A DNA stretch of 64,000 nucleotides from Octopus vulgaris (Eukaryota), in contig OX597828.1 of assembly GCA_951406725.2 (NCBI GenBank), forward strand, positions 24,738,001 through 24,802,000, in the 5' to 3' direction. Both the position numbers and the translations under genes were made by a program. The notes beneath the pieces were generated by a model, which saw only the letters and a list, made by a program, of their open reading frames with translations, was not told the origin of the DNA and did not search any database. Shown piece after piece: positions 60,100-64,000 of this stretch (position 1 is its first letter; every line of letters starts with the position of its first letter).

Positions 60100-61067
60100 C
60101 TTTAGAAGCTAAAGCTGTACTTACAACACTACTGATGTCACACAAGCATACATTCACACACACACACACACACATACACATATATATATATATATGTATA
60201 CATGTGTGTGTGTGTATTTATATATACATACACACACATACGCGCACATATACACATATATATTTTTTCATATATAATTTATGTCATATATATATTACAT
60301 GTATTATATATATATTTGTGTGTGTGTGTGTGTATTTTATATATATATATGCATATGTATATATGCACACAAGCAAGTACACACTCACATACATATATAA
60401 ATACATACACATATGTATTTGTGTCTGTGCGTACGTATATAGGTATTGTGTATGTATGTATGTATGTAAGTATGTATGTATGTATGTATGTATGTATGTA
60501 TGTATGTATGTATTTATGTGTGTAAAATTTGAAGCATTGTAACTAAAATTGAAAACTTTACTAGATCTGAGAAGGAAAACAATGTTAACTTAAGAAGACA
60601 GTCTTGTTGTATTGTTATTTTATATTTTCTCTCCTGAATTTTTGATCAAAACATAATTTTTTCCATGATGCGTACGAACAAAAGCATATGTCGACATTGT
60701 GATCGAAACCCGGAGGCCAAGCAAGACAGTTCAAAACTCGTGCGACAAGCAATGGCATTAGCACAGCGGAATTTTCTGACAATCAAACAAATTAACATCG
60801 AGAATCTTCTGTCTCTTATCAGACGACAGCGTTTTTTGTTTGTTTGTTGTTTTTTTTTAACAGAAGCGTTCAAAAGACAATTGTTCCAAACTGAATGTCT
60901 GGCTAGATTTCTTGGAATATTTTGAATAAGTATATTTTCTTGGCGGTAGGGATGGAAATTCTGAAACAGTTTGAGGATATTTCAAAAGTTTAGTCGAGTG
61001 AGAAGTGAATATGAAACACTTTTATTTTTGTTTTATTATTATTACTACCATTATCATTATTAATATC

Positions 61068-61170
61068 ATTGCCTTTGCACAGCTTCTAACGCTGGAGATG
61101 TACTACGGTGTCAGCTGTTCACTACCAGTGAACTAAGGTAACACTTCTTATTTTTCGAGCACCTTCCGGA
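61068..61170 (-). mobile_element. R4/Dong-type 3' UTR fragment (same family as 3851-4418)
   Basis: Reverse complement closely matches 4322-4420. Confidence 0.75.
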
Positions 61171-61191
61171 CTGTATTATTATTTGCACTTT

Positions 61192-61920
61192 ATCACAGGT
61201 TTTTTGGAGTCCTGGAGTATTGCATGCGTAGCAGGTTTACTACCTGCAGCCTATAGTACCATGCTGTTCTTTTCAGCTATCTAATACTTTTCTGATTATT
61301 CTGGCTGTGCCAAGGAGGCAAAACTTTTGCAACAGTTCTACTGAGCACTCTATTCCAATATCCTTTATATTCCCATCAAATCCTTCTGATACTGTTTCCA
61401 AGGAACAAACAATAATTGACACTATCTTCACCATCATTTTCCATAGCCGGGCTATTTCGCATTTATCTATCTTTCCGCCTTCCTTTTTGACTATTCGTGG
61501 GTCAAAGGGACATGCAACATGAACCTAAAAGCCTATGTGGTCCATCTTGTCCCCCAGGGCTAAATCCGGTCAGTTGTGCTCTAGCACCTGATCTGGTTGG
61601 ATTGGGAAATCCCAGAGAATTTTGCTAGTCTCTAACTCCGCCACTCTCTGCTCTCATACCACATCTCGCCTTCTCTGGCCCACAGTTTCGCTACCTGATC
61701 GTATCGCCACAACCTGTATGGGTTTGGGGCATGTCTAGGTCATTCGTTCGTGATATGGGCAATGGTTTCATCCACTCTTTTGCAGATACGGCACAACGGA
61801 GACACTTGCTCATTCCCTCCAGTTCGTGGTCAAAGCTTGGTCTTGCGCTACCAGTATGGTACTCTCGGTTTCTTTTTGTAGTGTTCCTTTCTTCAGCCAA
61901 TACCACATACTTTTTCCAGC
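61192..61920 (-). mobile_element. R4/Dong-type LINE 3' fragment (family of 43451-43617)
   Basis: Minus WLKKGTLQKETESTILVAQDQAL... and ...VELLQKFCLLGTARIIRKV; decayed. Confidence 0.8.
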
Positions 61921-61997
61921 AATTTCTATTGTAGCTATTGTTGTAGTTGTTGTTGTTACTGTTGCTGTTGATGTTGTTGTTGTTGTTCTTCTTCTTC

Positions 61998-62071
<74 letters not shown>

Positions 62072-62074
<3 letters not shown>

Positions 62075-62925
62075 TAGTTTTATTTTTATAGCGTGCTTTC
62101 ACTTCACTACCGAGCGCAGCTCTGTGTGCCTTAGGTATGTGCTGTGATTTGTTGTGATGCTCTGATGGTTATTGTATGGAAAGTGTTCTGCGTAGGATGT
62201 GTGCAGTGCCTAGTAGTGCAATTTTCTGTATGTTATATGTGTTTGTAAGTCCTGGTGTTTTTGTTATGTATTTGTCTGAATATTTTTTTTATCATGCCTA
62301 ATGCACCTACTATGATAGGAATTGTTTCTGTTTTTAGATTCCACATTCTGGTTACCTCTATTTCCAGGTCTTAGTATTTTGAAAGTTTCTCCATTTCTTT
62401 TAGAGACACGTTGTCATCTGCCGGTATTGATACATCAATTAGAAAGCATATTTTTGTCTTCATGATCTCTGACAACTATATCTGGTCTGTTGGCCTTAAT
62501 TTCTCTATCTGTGTGTATCGGCATATCCCAGAGTATGGTTGCTTTCTCATTTTCTGTGACCTTTTCTGGTGTGTGCCTATACCATCTTTTTTCTGTTGTT
62601 ATTCCATAATGTTGGCATAGCTTCCAGTGTATGTAGGTTCCAACTCTGTCATGTCTGTGAATATATTCCTTCTTAGCCAGGACTGGGCAGCCAGAGATAA
62701 TATGATTTATTGTTTCTTGTCCATCTCTACATATTCTGCAGTTACTTGTTATATTTCTTTTCATTACATGTTTTTGGTAATTTCTGGTGGGGAGGCTTTG
62801 GTCTTGTGCTGCAATTAAAAATCCCTCTGTCTCTGCTTTGAGTCCTGAGCTTCTCAACCATTGCTGGGATTTTTATTTGTCTATTTCTTTTGCGTTTAGT
62901 TTAGTCCAGTATTTAACATGAAGGT
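62072..62925 (-). mobile_element. R4/Dong-type LINE 3' fragment with well-preserved CCHC and RLE (ORF 62435-62857)
   Basis: ETEGFLIAAQDQSL...CRICRDGQETINHIISGC...RHDRVG..IHW.LC...ILWDMPIHTDREIKANRPDIVV; flanked by (TTA)n on both sides. Confidence 0.9.
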
Positions 62926-62927
62926 AA

Positions 62928-63076
<149 letters not shown>

Positions 63077-63085
63077 TACTACTAT

Positions 63086-63490
63086 TATATGTTTGGTTTT
63101 TGCTTTGTATTTGTAGAAGTTGACTCCAAGTTTCACCCAGAGATCTCAAGAGACAACAAGCTAGAAGTTCAAGTTGGTGTTATGCCTAGGGTGTCATATA
63201 TTTAATTTTGCACAGAGTATTGTTCTAGGGAATGTCTAACAAAATTAGAAGTTTGCTTTGAAAGTAATTTGATTATAAGATGATAGTAAAAGGTGTTTGC
63301 TATAATGTATATTTCAAAATAGTTTTGACAATATTTACAGATTAAAATGTTTTATAGACTACATAGATCTTTCATAGGATATGAGCAGTTTCCATGAGCG
63401 CTATTTCTTGAATTTTTCTATCGTGGAATATCCTGTTATCTGAGATAGGTAACCACCAGCCCCTTTTGATATCATTCCCATGGAACCTAT
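63086..63490 (-). mobile_element. R4/Dong-type LINE 3' fragment (family of 4493-4580)
   Basis: Minus IQEIALMETAHIL plus a long UTR ending at (TTA/CTA)n. Confidence 0.7.
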
Positions 63491-63545
63491 AGCATTGTTT
63501 CTATTTCTATTTCAAGCTCTTTATATTTGCTGTTCGTTGCAAGCT

Positions 63546-63962
63546 TCATTTCTTTGGAACTTTACTTTTCAAACTGACAAACAGATAGTTGCAAGAAGAC
63601 CGGACATCATATTGAAGCGTTTCCGACAAACATCATGCCTCTTCATCGATACGAATTTCTCATCATCATCGTCGTCGTCGTCGTCGTTTAAAGCGGACGT
63701 TAAACGAGGACAACCATGTCAACGATGACGATGACGACGACGACGACGACGACGACGACGATGATGATGATGATGATGATGAGAGAGTCATATCGATGAA
63801 GAGGCATGATTTATGTCTGAAATGCTTCAATATAATGTCCGGTCTATTTGCAACTATCTTTCTGTCAGCTTGAACAGTAAAGTTCCAAAGGAGTGAGATG
63901 TGATCATTTTCAAGCACTGCAGGTGGTTTGTATTCCCACCAGTTTTTAGCATGGGACAGCTT
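63546..63962. mobile_element. Inverted pair of R4/Dong RLE fragments
   Basis: + strand LWNFTFQTDKQIVARRPDIILKRFRQTSCLFID; - strand LWNFTVQADRKIVANRPDIILKHFRHKSCLFID. They converge on (CAT)n(CGT)n tracts. Confidence 0.85.
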
Positions 63963-64000
63963 TTATCATCACACGCGCGTACGCACACACACACACACAC

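Noticed and set aside
60646-60925. Non-repetitive ORFs on both strands (75-86 aa), possible host exon
   Set aside because: No recognisable motif and no convincing splice-site pair; it cannot be supported without transcript data.

Overview
Eukaryotic, AT-rich, repeat-saturated non-coding DNA. The repeat landscape looks like an octopus or other coleoid cephalopod genome (inference from the repeat families; not verified). No intact host protein-coding gene can be supported, and almost all listed ORFs are read-throughs of (TA)n, (CA)n, (TAGA)n, (TAA)n or (GGT)n tracts. The window contains four tRNA-derived SINE families, decayed R4/Dong-type RLE LINE fragments sitting strand-specifically in (TAA)n, CR1- and RTE-type LINE 3' ends, two non-autonomous Helitrons, two mariner remnants and a ~2.1 kb tandem duplication. 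The most notable signal is a dispersed set of minimal type-I hammerhead ribozyme motifs (CUGANGA...GAAAC-palindrome-GUH), most with unusually long stem II. They lie in short islands, several next to microsatellites and some with fold-back structure, and are probably Penelope-like retroelement termini. A perfect 298-bp palindrome and several other long inverted repeats could form dsRNA.
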